DNA from: Nitriliruptor sp.
GTDB lineage: Bacteria; Actinomycetota; Nitriliruptoria; Nitriliruptorales; Nitriliruptoraceae
Direction of reading: 5' to 3'
DNA: 64,000 bases
Assembly: GCA_040882055.1 (NCBI GenBank)
Contig: JBBECA010000065.1
Coordinates: forward strand, 19,457 to 83,456
Shown here: positions 14,101 to 23,298 of the stretch, one piece after another
How the letters are laid out: each line of letters begins with the position of its first letter
How positions within the stretch are numbered: position 1 is the stretch's first letter
The notes under the pieces: generated by a model
What the model was told of the DNA's origin: nothing
Seen by the model: only the letters and a program-made list of their open reading frames with translations
Database searches by the model: none
Translations under genes and position numbers: made by a program

Positions 14101-16030
14101 CGAGCTCGGGATCGACGTGCAGCAGGAGTCGATCAGCGCCGTCGGCATCGGCGACCTGTCCGGCGACGTGTTCTCGAACGGCGTGCAGCGCACCGAGCAC
14201 CTGCAGCTGATCGCCGCGTTCGATCACCGTCACATCTTCCTGGACCCCGACCCGGACCCGGCCGCCTCGTTCGCCGAACGCGAGCGGGTCGCGGCCCTGC
14301 CCCGCTCCTCGTGGGACGACTACGACCGCGCGGTCCTGTCGCCGGGCGGCATGATCGTCGACCGCGACAGCCGGTCGGTGGAGCTCTCCGACGAGGTGCG
14401 CGCTCGTCTGCGCATCGAGGCCACCTCGCTGTCACCCCCCGAGCTCATCCGCGCCGTGCTGTGCGCTCCCGTGGACCTGCTGTGGGCGGGCGGCATCGGG
14501 ACCTACATCAAGGCGTCCGCCGAGCGCGACGACGACGTCGGCGACCGGGCCAACGACGAGGTCCGCGTCGACGCTTCCGACGTGCGTGCCCGGGTCATCG
14601 GCGAGGGTGCGAACCTGTCGATCACCCAGCGCGCCCGCATCGAGCTCGCCAGACGCGGTGCCCGCGTCGACCAGGACGCGATCCACAACGCCGCCGGCGT
14701 CGCGACCTCCGACGCCGAGGTCAACCTCAAGATCCTGCTCGACCTCGCCATCGCCGAGGGCCAGCTCGATCCGGCCGACCGGGACGCCGTCCTGGCCGAC
14801 CTCGCCGACGACGTTGTCGCCGAGGTGCTCGACGCGGTCGATCGACAGGTCGCCGCCATCTCCGCCGAGGTCGCCCGCAGCGGGGACAACGTCGGTGCCA
14901 TCGACGCGTTCATCGCCCGGCTCGAGGAGCGCAGCGGGCTCGACCGCGACGTCGAGGTGCTGCCCTCCCCCGACGAGCTGCAGGCGCGGGCGGACGCCGA
15001 GGCCGGGCTCACCCGCCCCGAGCTGGCCACGCTGCTGGCGTGGGCCAAACGCGAGCTCAAGGAGGCGCTGCTGGCCTCCGACGCGCCCGAGGATCCGGTG
15101 CTCGCCGACGCCGTCGGTGAGCCGCTCCCCGACCGAGCCGTCGCGCGCTTCGGGACGCTGCTGCCCCGCCACCGGCTGCGCCGCGAGCTGGTCGCGACCG
15201 CCGTGGCGAACACCACCGTCGACCGTTTCGGCGTCACCTTCGCCAGCGGGCTCGCCGCCGAGACCGGCGCGAGCCTGCCGCTGGTCGCCCGTGCCATCCG
15301 GGTCGCCACCCGCATCGTCGACGCCGACCGCTGGTGGGCCGAGGTGGATGCGCTCGGCGACACCCACGACCCCGAGCGCAGCCGCGAGCTGACCGCGGTG
15401 GTCGACACGCTGGTCATCGAGCTGACCACCGGCCTGCTGGTCGACCCCCTGCTCGTGCGCGACCCGGTCGCGCTGCTCGAACGCGACCGTGCGGTGACCG
15501 CGGAGCTGGTGTCCGAGGGTCTCCGCCTCGGCTCCAACGGCCAACAACTCGCCCGGCTCGCCCACGCCCGGTGGCTGGTCGACGACCTGGTCGAACCCGA
15601 CCTGGCCGCGTTCCTGGCCCTCGCGCCCGACCTGGCCGTCGTCCCGGACGTCGCCGCGCTCACCGAGGTCTCCGCACGCTCGCCGCTCGAGGTCGCCGAC
15701 GTGGCGTTCCGCTTCGACGAGGAGCTCGGGCTCGACCGGCTCGGCCAGCAGCTGGCCCGGGTGGTGCCGGCCGATCCGTGGGCCCGGCGTCAGCGTCGCG
15801 GTCTCGAACGGGACCTGCGGCGGCTCCGCCGAGACGCCACCGCGTCCGCGTTCCGGTTGTCGCCGGACACCGCGCTCACCTCGGGCGAGGTGGTCGAACG
15901 CTTCGCCGCCGAACATCGCGAGGGGCTCGAGCGCGCCCGGGGCACGGTCACCCTGCTCGAGCGTGAGCCGGCCTCCCTCGATGCGGTGGCCGTGGCGCTA
16001 CGCACCGTGCGGGACGCGATCGGGCGCTGA
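11186..16030 (+). CDS. Large NAD-specific glutamate dehydrogenase (GDH2/GdhB-type, ~1600 aa)
   Basis: Motifs [92 protein letters not shown]. GTG start placed after a GGAGG RBS. Confidence 0.9.
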   Translation: [1614 protein letters not shown]

Positions 16031-16064
16031 CCTGTGGGTGCCATCGCGCGTCCCGGTCGCCGGT

Positions 16065-17027
16065 TCAGCGCGTCGCGAGCGGGTTGAACGGCCGACCGAC
16101 ATCGCGTGAGGTGGCGAGCTCGAGCACGCCGATCTCGAGCACAAGCGGGGCGGGGAGCTCCGAACCCTTGAGGTCGACGTCGAGCTGCGCCAGCCGGTCG
16201 TGGCACCAGGCCAGCTCGCCCGGGCCGAAGCGGCCCGCGATGCCCTGGAGGCGGCGGAACTGGTTCGGGGACACCCCGGCGCTCTTGGCGTCCCCCCCGC
16301 CGCGGATCTGCAGCAGTTGGCGGAACCGGAAGGTGATGGCCCCGAGCAGCGCGAGCGGTGCCTCGCCGGACTCGAGGGCGCCGCGCAGCGCCACCAGCGC
16401 CTCGCCCGGGTCGCGGTCGGCGACGGCGTCGGCGACCGTGAAGCCGCTGACCTTGCCGTGCCCCTCGACGCTGGCCTCGACGTGCGCGGCGGTGAGGGTC
16501 GGCGCGGACGGTTCGGCGGCGCAGACCTGGGCGACCTTCGAGGCGATCACCCCCGGGACGGTGCCGGCGTGGGCCCGGAGCGCGGCGATGGCGGACGCGT
16601 CGGCCTTCCGCTTCAGCCGGCGGAACTCCTCGCCGACGAGCCGGTCCCACCCGCGCTCGTCCCAGTCCGCGGGGACCTTCACGTCGCTGCGCTCACCGTG
16701 CTGCTTGGCCAGCTTGGCGATCCTCTGCACCTTGCCGATCCCGCGCACGACGAGGACCAGCACCGCGTCGTCGGACGGCGCCTCGAGGTAGCTCTCGATC
16801 TCGGCCTTGAGGTCACCCGAGACGCCCTCGACCCCGCGGAGCACCACGCAGGTCCGCCCCCCGAACAGCGAGGCGGTGCGGAGCTCCGGCAGGTGGTCGG
16901 TCTCGGCGACGTCGTGGACCTCGACGGTGAGGTCGTCGTCCTGCTCGCGGAGCTGGTCGAGCACCCGCTCGAGCTCCCGTTGGAGCAGCAGGTCGTCGTC
17001 GCCGGCGAGGAGGTGGACGGGGCTCAT
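16065..17027 (-). CDS. holA: DNA polymerase III subunit delta
   Basis: PVHLLAGDD...ASLFGG...DVDLKG; canonical position after comEC. Confidence 0.9.
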   Translation of the reverse strand: MSPVHLLAGDDDLLLQRELERVLDQLREQDDDLTVEVHDVAETDHLPELRTASLFGGRTCVVLRGVEGVSGDLKAEIESYLEAPSDDAVLVLVVRGIGKVQRIAKLAKQHGERSDVKVPADWDERGWDRLVGEEFRRLKRKADASAIAALRAHAGTVPGVIASKVAQVCAAEPSAPTLTAAHVEASVEGHGKVSGFTVADAVADRDPGEALVALRGALESGEAPLALLGAITFRFRQLLQIRGGGDAKSAGVSPNQFRRLQGIAGRFGPGELAWCHDRLAQLDVDLKGSELPAPLVLEIGVLELATSRDVGRPFNPLATR

Positions 17028-19527
17028 GGCGGCAGGCTACCGAGGCCCGGCGACGTGCCCGACCGGGTTCGGACCGCGGGGCTGGGACCTCCACGGTCAC
17101 CGTGCCTTCGAGGTCGGTGCGGTGGACCCGGGTACCGGCCGCGTCGAGCGCCGCCAGGGTCCCGGCATCCGGATGCCCGTAGGTGTTCTGCGCGCCCACC
17201 GACACCAGGCCCACCTCGGCGTCGACCCGGGCGAGGAAGGCCGGCGAGGTGGTCCCCGCGCCGTGGTGCGGCACCGCGAGCAACCCGGCCCGCAGCGGAT
17301 CGACCTTGCCCGCGGCGACGGCCGCGTCGGACCGCGTGAGCAGGTCGCGCTGCGCCTCGGCCTCGACGTCGCCGGCCAGCAAGGCGACCCGGTCACCTGA
17401 CGAGGCGCGCACGACGAGCGAGGTCTCGTTCCGGGGGCTCGAGGCGTAGCGGTACGCGTCGCCCGACGGTGGCCCGAGCACCTCGAGGCGGAGCGCGCCG
17501 ATGGTGACCGACACCGGCGCTGATCCGGTCGCCGCCGCACGGACCACCCGGACGGGGACACCGGCCTCCGCAGCGGCCGCATCGAGGCGGGCGACGCCCG
17601 CGACGGGCTCGGGGTTCGGCGGCCGCCAGATGGCCCCGACGTCCGCACGCGTCAGGATGTCGTCCGCACCGCCGAGGTGGTCGTCGTGCCCGTGCGTGAT
17701 GACCAGCAGGTCGAGCGACACCTGCCCGTGCCGGGCGAGCCACCGCGCAGCGGTCGCATCCGACCCGGCGTCGACCAGGACACGAGCTCCGGGCGCCCGC
17801 AACAGGAACGCATCACCCTGCCCGACGTCGATGGCGGTCACGGTGAAGGTGTCCACCGGCAGGAGCCGGCCCGCGACCGGGGGCACGGCGGCGACCACGC
17901 AGGCCACCGCGGTCGCGCCGGCCAGCCACCGCGACGAGCGGCTGCGGGGTCGCGACACGGCCCACGCCGCAGCGGCGAGGAGCGCGACCACCGTCGACGG
18001 CGCGGCGACCGACGCGACCCCGCCCCACCCGGCGGTGGCGTGCGCGACGCCCAGGATCCCCCGCGCCGGCACGGCCGCGACGGCGAACAGGACGGCGCCG
18101 GCCGGGAGGTGGACCGCTGCCACCACCGTGGCCGGGAACGCGATGGCGGCCGCCACGACGGCCAAAGGCACCGCCACGAGGTTGGCCGGAACGCTCGCCA
18201 GCGGCACCTCCGTGAAGCTCACGAGGAGGATCGGCACGACCGCCACCTGGGCGCCGACGGTGACCGCCAGGACGTCGGCCACGCGGCGCGGTAGCAGCCG
18301 CACCGTCCGGAGCCGGTCACGGATCCGGGGCGCGGCGACCAGCACCCCGGCGGCCGCCGTCGCGGAGAGCAACAGCCCGAGCGCCCCGGCGAGCAGCGGG
18401 TCGACCAGCACCAGCACCAGCACGGCGCCGGCCAGCGCGTGGCGACCGTCACGCAGCACGCCGCGGCTGGCGGCGAGCAGCACCACCCCCGCCACGCACC
18501 CAGCACGCAGCACCGAGGGTTGGAACCGGGTCAGGTAGGCGAACCACAGGACCACCACCCCGACGAGGACGCGCCGGGTCCGAGCCTCGAGGCGCACCAG
18601 CTCGCAGAGGCCGAGCACCCCCGCGATCACCGACGCGAGGTGCATGCCGGACACCGCGGTGAGGTGGGTCATCGCGGTGGCCTCCATCGCGTCGCGGTCC
18701 CGTCCTGGGAGCGCCCGCGTGTCCCCCGTGACGAGACCCACGAGCAACCCCCCGACCGGTGGCGAGGTGTGCCGGGCCGCGGCCTCCCGGGTGCGCTGTC
18801 GGATGTGTTCGCTCGACGAGGCGAGCCATCCGGGCCGCCCGTCGGGGTGCAACGGGCCCACGTCGAGCAGCGCCGTCAGGTGCTGACGCGCCAGCCACCG
18901 TCCGTAGCCGCCGTCGGGCAGCGGGCGCGCGGTCGCGGTCGTCGACCAGCGTGTGTCGAGCGCTGGCGGCGCCCCAGCGAGGGGCGGCCGGTCCAGCCGC
19001 TCGCCGCGCAGGGTCACGGCGGCCCGCTCCCGGGTGGCGACCCCGTCGACATCGGTGACCTCGACCGGCACGTGCCAGCCGGTCGTGATCGGACGTGGCT
19101 CGGCCACGACCGTGAAGCGCACCTCGGCGGCGCCACCCCGCTCCGCCAGGGCGGGCAGCGCCCCGAGATCGCTGGTCGCGGTCCGCAGGCCCGCCAGGAG
19201 CACCGTCACGACCACGACGAACCCCGCCAGCGCCGCACCCCGTACCGCGCCCCGCGTCCGGCTGACGATCGCCAGGCCCACGACGCCGCCCAGCGCCACC
19301 ACGAGGACGAGACCGATCCGGACGGTCCCGAGGCGGCCGCTGACCACCGCCTCGCCGAGCTGCCCGGCGGACGACCAGCCGATCATCGCGCCAGCCCAGC
19401 TCCCTGCGATCGCGCTGAACACCCAGGGCACGATCGGGCCCACGATCTGCCCCGCGGTGGCGCCTGGCGGCTCCGGCAGGTGATTCGCGTCGTCGGGGTC
19501 GGCCGTTCGTGGGCCCGCCCGACTCAC
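16813..19527 (-). CDS. comEC: ComEC/Rec2 DNA uptake channel with C-terminal metallo-beta-lactamase domain
   Basis: THLTAVSGMH, PSVLRA, DVGQGDA, THGHDDHLGG, VPHHGA, NTYGHP. The ORF runs 215 nt into holA. Confidence 0.93.
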   Translation of the reverse strand: MSRAGPRTADPDDANHLPEPPGATAGQIVGPIVPWVFSAIAGSWAGAMIGWSSAGQLGEAVVSGRLGTVRIGLVLVVALGGVVGLAIVSRTRGAVRGAALAGFVVVVTVLLAGLRTATSDLGALPALAERGGAAEVRFTVVAEPRPITTGWHVPVEVTDVDGVATRERAAVTLRGERLDRPPLAGAPPALDTRWSTTATARPLPDGGYGRWLARQHLTALLDVGPLHPDGRPGWLASSSEHIRQRTREAAARHTSPPVGGLLVGLVTGDTRALPGRDRDAMEATAMTHLTAVSGMHLASVIAGVLGLCELVRLEARTRRVLVGVVVLWFAYLTRFQPSVLRAGCVAGVVLLAASRGVLRDGRHALAGAVLVLVLVDPLLAGALGLLLSATAAAGVLVAAPRIRDRLRTVRLLPRRVADVLAVTVGAQVAVVPILLVSFTEVPLASVPANLVAVPLAVVAAAIAFPATVVAAVHLPAGAVLFAVAAVPARGILGVAHATAGWGGVASVAAPSTVVALLAAAAWAVSRPRSRSSRWLAGATAVACVVAAVPPVAGRLLPVDTFTVTAIDVGQGDAFLLRAPGARVLVDAGSDATAARWLARHGQVSLDLLVITHGHDDHLGGADDILTRADVGAIWRPPNPEPVAGVARLDAAAAEAGVPVRVVRAAATGSAPVSVTIGALRLEVLGPPSGDAYRYASSPRNETSLVVRASSGDRVALLAGDVEAEAQRDLLTRSDAAVAAGKVDPLRAGLLAVPHHGAGTTSPAFLARVDAEVGLVSVGAQNTYGHPDAGTLAALDAAGTRVHRTDLEGTVTVEVPAPRSEPGRARRRASVACRHEPRPPPRRRRRPAAPTGARAGARPAPRAGRRPHRRGPRRRRDRPPAGAPHRLAVRGADLRGAPRGRGRLG
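17034..17039 (-). promoter_or_regulatory. -10 element (TAGCCT) 6 nt upstream of the holA ATG; likely leaderless transcript
   Basis: TANNNT hexamer at leaderless spacing, no RBS. Confidence 0.55.
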
Positions 19528-20261
19528 CCGACCGTGACGAGGTCGGCCAGCTCCTGGAAGCGCTTCTCGCCGATGCCGCTGACCGCCCGGAGGTCGCCGA
19601 CGGATCGGAACCCACCGTGCTGGTCACGGTGGCCGACGATGCGTTGCGCCAGCGCCGGCCCGATGCCGGGCAACGTCTGGAGCTGTTCGAGTGTGGCGGT
19701 GTTCAGATCGATCGGACCGGTGGACGTTCCACCGTCGGCCCCCGCGTGCCCGGTGCCCGCGGGTGGCGACGGTTCGCCCTCGCGCACCACCAGCACCTGT
19801 TCGCCGTCGACGAGCTCGCGCGCGAGGTTCACCCGGCTCTGGTCGGCCTCCGGCGTCGCACCACCGGCGGCGGCGATGGCGTCGGCCACACGCGAACCGG
19901 TCGGGAGGACCACGACACCCGGGGAGACCACCGCACCCGCCACGTGGACGGTCACCTCGCCGTCGTCGGGCGTGGCGTCGCCGGCCGACGGCTCGTGATC
20001 GTGGGCGTCGGCCGGCGCCGCGTCCTGCGGCGGTCCGGTGTCCTCACCGACCGGGTGACCGACGTCGGTGACCTCGCTCGTCGCCACGGCACCGCCGGGG
20101 GCCGGCACCGGACGCTCGAGGGTGGTCCACACCAGCGCCGCCGTCGCCACGAGCGCGCCGAGCAGGAGCACCACCAACCCGGCCGCCTCGGCCGGGGACG
20201 CGTCGAGCCAGCTGGCCACCCGGGCCAGCCGTCCCCGTTCCTCGCCGATGAGATCCATCAC
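19524..20261 (-). CDS. comEA: ComEA DNA-binding protein (SLBB plus helix-hairpin-helix)
   Basis: TM anchor, VHVAGAVVSPGVV..RVADAIAAAGG, IDLNTATLEQLQTLPGIGPALA..VSGIGEK. Confidence 0.93.
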   Translation of the reverse strand: MMDLIGEERGRLARVASWLDASPAEAAGLVVLLLGALVATAALVWTTLERPVPAPGGAVATSEVTDVGHPVGEDTGPPQDAAPADAHDHEPSAGDATPDDGEVTVHVAGAVVSPGVVVLPTGSRVADAIAAAGGATPEADQSRVNLARELVDGEQVLVVREGEPSPPAGTGHAGADGGTSTGPIDLNTATLEQLQTLPGIGPALAQRIVGHRDQHGGFRSVGDLRAVSGIGEKRFQELADLVTVG

Positions 20262-20335
20262 CGCAGGCTGCCGCAGCCACAGGCGTCCTCACCGACCAGG
20301 TGACGCCGGCCTGTGGACGACCGGGTGACCCGAGT

Positions 20336-21196
20336 TCAGGCGCCCGGCGTCGCGGCCGCTGGGGCGACCGCGATCCCGACCGCACCCGGGCCCACGTGGG
20401 TGCCGACGACCGGTCCCATCAGGGTCTCGAGCCGTTCGACGACCTCGACCCGCTCGTCGAGCGCCGCCCAGACCTCGGCCGCCCGTTCGGGTGCGACCGC
20501 GTGGGCGACGACCACGTCGACGGGCTGGCCGGCGGCGGTCTCCGCGGCCACCTCGGCCAGCCGAGCGATCGCGCGGGACCAGGTCCGCGTCCGTTCGCGC
20601 ACCTCCACCCGGCCGCCGGTGAGGTGCAGCACCGGCTTGACCTGCAGCGCGCGACCGACCAGCGCCTGCGCGCCGGTGAGGCGGCCACCACGCTTGAGGT
20701 AGTCGAGGGTGTCGACGACCACGAGCGAGACCACCTCATCGGCAGCTCGGCGCACCGCGGCGAGCACGTCGTCCACCGTTCCGCCGCGAGCGGCCACCCG
20801 GTGGCCAGCCAGGACGACCAGCCCGAGCGAACCACCGACCAGCCGGCTGTCGACCACCTCGATGGGCAGGTCGATCCGCTTCGCGCGGTCGCGGGCGAGG
20901 TTGACGGTCCCCGACAGTGCGCCGCTGCAGTGGACCGAGACGACCGCGTCGAGCCCGTCGTCGACGCAGTCGGCGTACGCCTCCTCGAACCACGCCGGCG
21001 CCGGCTGCGAGGTGGTCGGCAGGTCCGACTCGTTCGGCAGCCGCCGGTAGAACGTGGCCGGATCGATCGTGATGCCCGAGATGAAGGTCTCGGTCCCGAA
21101 GGAGACCGACAGCGGCACGACCCGGATGCCGAGCTCCTCGACCAGGTCACGAGGCAGATCGGCGGTCGAGTCCGTCACCACCGCGACACCAGCCAA
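20336..21196 (-). CDS. DegV family fatty-acid binding protein
   Basis: VTDSTADLP, TTSQP, LSGT, YLKRGGRL, THVGPG; TTG start after GGAGG. Confidence 0.92.
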   Translation of the reverse strand: MAGVAVVTDSTADLPRDLVEELGIRVVPLSVSFGTETFISGITIDPATFYRRLPNESDLPTTSQPAPAWFEEAYADCVDDGLDAVVSVHCSGALSGTVNLARDRAKRIDLPIEVVDSRLVGGSLGLVVLAGHRVAARGGTVDDVLAAVRRAADEVVSLVVVDTLDYLKRGGRLTGAQALVGRALQVKPVLHLTGGRVEVRERTRTWSRAIARLAEVAAETAAGQPVDVVVAHAVAPERAAEVWAALDERVEVVERLETLMGPVVGTHVGPGAVGIAVAPAAATPGA

Positions 21197-21248
21197 CCCT
21201 GCCTCCGAGCGTCGCACGGACCGACCTTCGGCCAACGGCGAGGTGATG

Positions 21249-22136
21249 CTAACGGCCCGTCATCGCTGGCCGGCCGGAGGCGACGAACTCGACGATGCGC
21301 CCACCGACGCCGTCCGGATCCTCGAGGTGGAGGAAGTGACCGACGCCGTCGAGCACCTCGACGTGCGAGGCGGGGTGCGGCAGCGCACCGACGGTCCGTT
21401 CGGCCCACTCGACACCGACGCAGCCGTCGTCGCGCCCGTGCAGCAGCAGGTGCGGCTGGGGCGGCAACGTCACCCGCTTGGAGAGGGCACGGTCATCGGC
21501 GTGGGCCGCCGCGAAACCGCGGTAGTAGCTGAGAGCCGCGGTCGCGACCCCGGGGACCGCGAAGGTCGCGAGCAGCGGGTCGAGGTCCTCCGCCTGCATC
21601 TCGTAGCCGGGCGACCAGCGCCGCCACAGCGCGCGGACCTGCGCGAGCTCGTTCCGGGTGAGGGACCGTTCTGCGCCGGGCAGCAGCGCCCGAACGACGT
21701 AGGAGGAGCGCCGGATCTGCGCCCGGTCGAACCGCGCGTCGGCGAGCACCGACTCCGGTGGTACCGCCAGGGTCACCAGGCGCTTCCACCGGTCGGGGGC
21801 GGCCGCAGCGGCACGGGCAGCCACGATCGCGCCCCAGTCGTGGCCGATGAGCACAGCGCCCGGGCCCCCACCGAACGCCCGGTGCAGCGCGTTGGCATCG
21901 GCCGTCAGCGTGTCCGGATCGGTGCGCCGGTCCGTCGGGACCTCGGTCGGCGCGTACCCACGCATCGCCGGTGCGACGGCGTGGAAGCCGGCGGCCGCGA
22001 GCTTCGGCAGCAGGTGGCGCCAGGTCGCGGAGGTGTCGGGGAACCCGTGCAGGCACAGGGCCAGCGGCGCGTCCGGCGAACCCACCGACGTGTACACCAC
22101 GTCGATGCCGTTGGCACGCACGCTGCCACCGCTCAC
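21249..22136 (-). CDS. Alpha/beta hydrolase (epoxide-hydrolase-like)
   Basis: LHGFPD, MRGY, GHDWGA, HGRDDGCV, GHFLHLE. Confidence 0.9.
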   Translation of the reverse strand: MSGGSVRANGIDVVYTSVGSPDAPLALCLHGFPDTSATWRHLLPKLAAAGFHAVAPAMRGYAPTEVPTDRRTDPDTLTADANALHRAFGGGPGAVLIGHDWGAIVAARAAAAAPDRWKRLVTLAVPPESVLADARFDRAQIRRSSYVVRALLPGAERSLTRNELAQVRALWRRWSPGYEMQAEDLDPLLATFAVPGVATAALSYYRGFAAAHADDRALSKRVTLPPQPHLLLHGRDDGCVGVEWAERTVGALPHPASHVEVLDGVGHFLHLEDPDGVGGRIVEFVASGRPAMTGR

Positions 22137-22324
22137 GTCGCGTCGCTCCTGGTCGTCGTCCGGTGCTCCACGGCCGGCCCGGCGGGCCCGACCTAGGGAC
22201 GCTACCCCTCCGAGCGACCGCACGGACGGCGGCGGCCGGTCGTCCGGGCATGCGGTCCCCCGGTGACCCTCCGCGCGACCCACCCTGGAGCACGACCATC
22301 GCCCCCGATCCCGAGAGGCTCCCG

Positions 22325-23278
22325 GTGACCACCTACGGCTTCACCCTCTTCAGCGAGCTCAACGGCCCCGACGTGCAGCTCGAACAGGCGATCGCCGCGG
22401 AAGCCGCCGGCTTCGACTTCCTCGGCATCTCCGACCACTTCCACCCGTGGCTGTCGCGCCACACCGACAGCCCGTTCACCTGGACCACGCTCGGCGCGGT
22501 CGCCGCGTGCACGGACCGCGTGGAGCTCGTCACGCTGGTCACCTGCCCGGTCCAGCGCTACCACCCGGCGATCATCGCCCAAGCGGCCGCCACCGTGCAG
22601 ATCCTGTCGGAGGGACGGTTCACGCTCGGTCTCGGAGCGGGCGAGAACCTCTCCGAGCACATCACCGGCGAGGGCTGGCCGCCCATCGACGTCCGCCACG
22701 AGATGCTCGGCGAAGCGATCGACATCATCCGCGAACTGTGGGCCGGCGACTTCGTCACCTACCGCGGGGACCACCTCACGGTCGAGGACGCCAAGGTGTG
22801 GTCGCTACCGCCGGGGCCACCCCGGATCGCCCTCGCCGCGTCCGGCCCGCAGGCCATCGAGCTCGCCATCGACCGCGCCGACGACATCGTCTGTGACTCC
22901 CCCGACCCCGAGGTGGTCGCCGGCTTCAAGGACGGCGCGCGCAACGGCCTCGCCTGGACCCAGATCCCCGTGGCGTGGGATCCCGTCGAGACCACCGCGC
23001 TCGACGCCGCCCACCACTTCGCCTTCGGCGCTCCCGGCTGGAAGGTGATGGCCGAGCTCCCCAACGTGCCCGGGTTCGATGCGGTCGCCGACCTCGTCGA
23101 CGACGACACGATCCGTGGCCTGGTCGCCACCGGACCCGACCCCACGACGCTCATCGAACGGATCACCGCGGCGGTCGAGGTCGGGTACGACCGGGTCGCC
23201 GTCGTGCAGGTCGGCCCCGATCGCACGGAGAGCTTCCACCGCTGGTTCAGCGAGCAGGTCCGACCGCACCTGCCCTGA
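22325..23278 (+). CDS. LLM-class F420-dependent oxidoreductase (G6PDH-like subfamily)
   Basis: GFDFLGISDHFHPW, VTCP..RYHPAIIAQAAAT, GRFTLGLGAGENLSEHI. Confidence 0.88.
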   Translation: MTTYGFTLFSELNGPDVQLEQAIAAEAAGFDFLGISDHFHPWLSRHTDSPFTWTTLGAVAACTDRVELVTLVTCPVQRYHPAIIAQAAATVQILSEGRFTLGLGAGENLSEHITGEGWPPIDVRHEMLGEAIDIIRELWAGDFVTYRGDHLTVEDAKVWSLPPGPPRIALAASGPQAIELAIDRADDIVCDSPDPEVVAGFKDGARNGLAWTQIPVAWDPVETTALDAAHHFAFGAPGWKVMAELPNVPGFDAVADLVDDDTIRGLVATGPDPTTLIERITAAVEVGYDRVAVVQVGPDRTESFHRWFSEQVRPHLP

Positions 23279-23298
23279 CCTGTCCGTGACCCGCGGTG

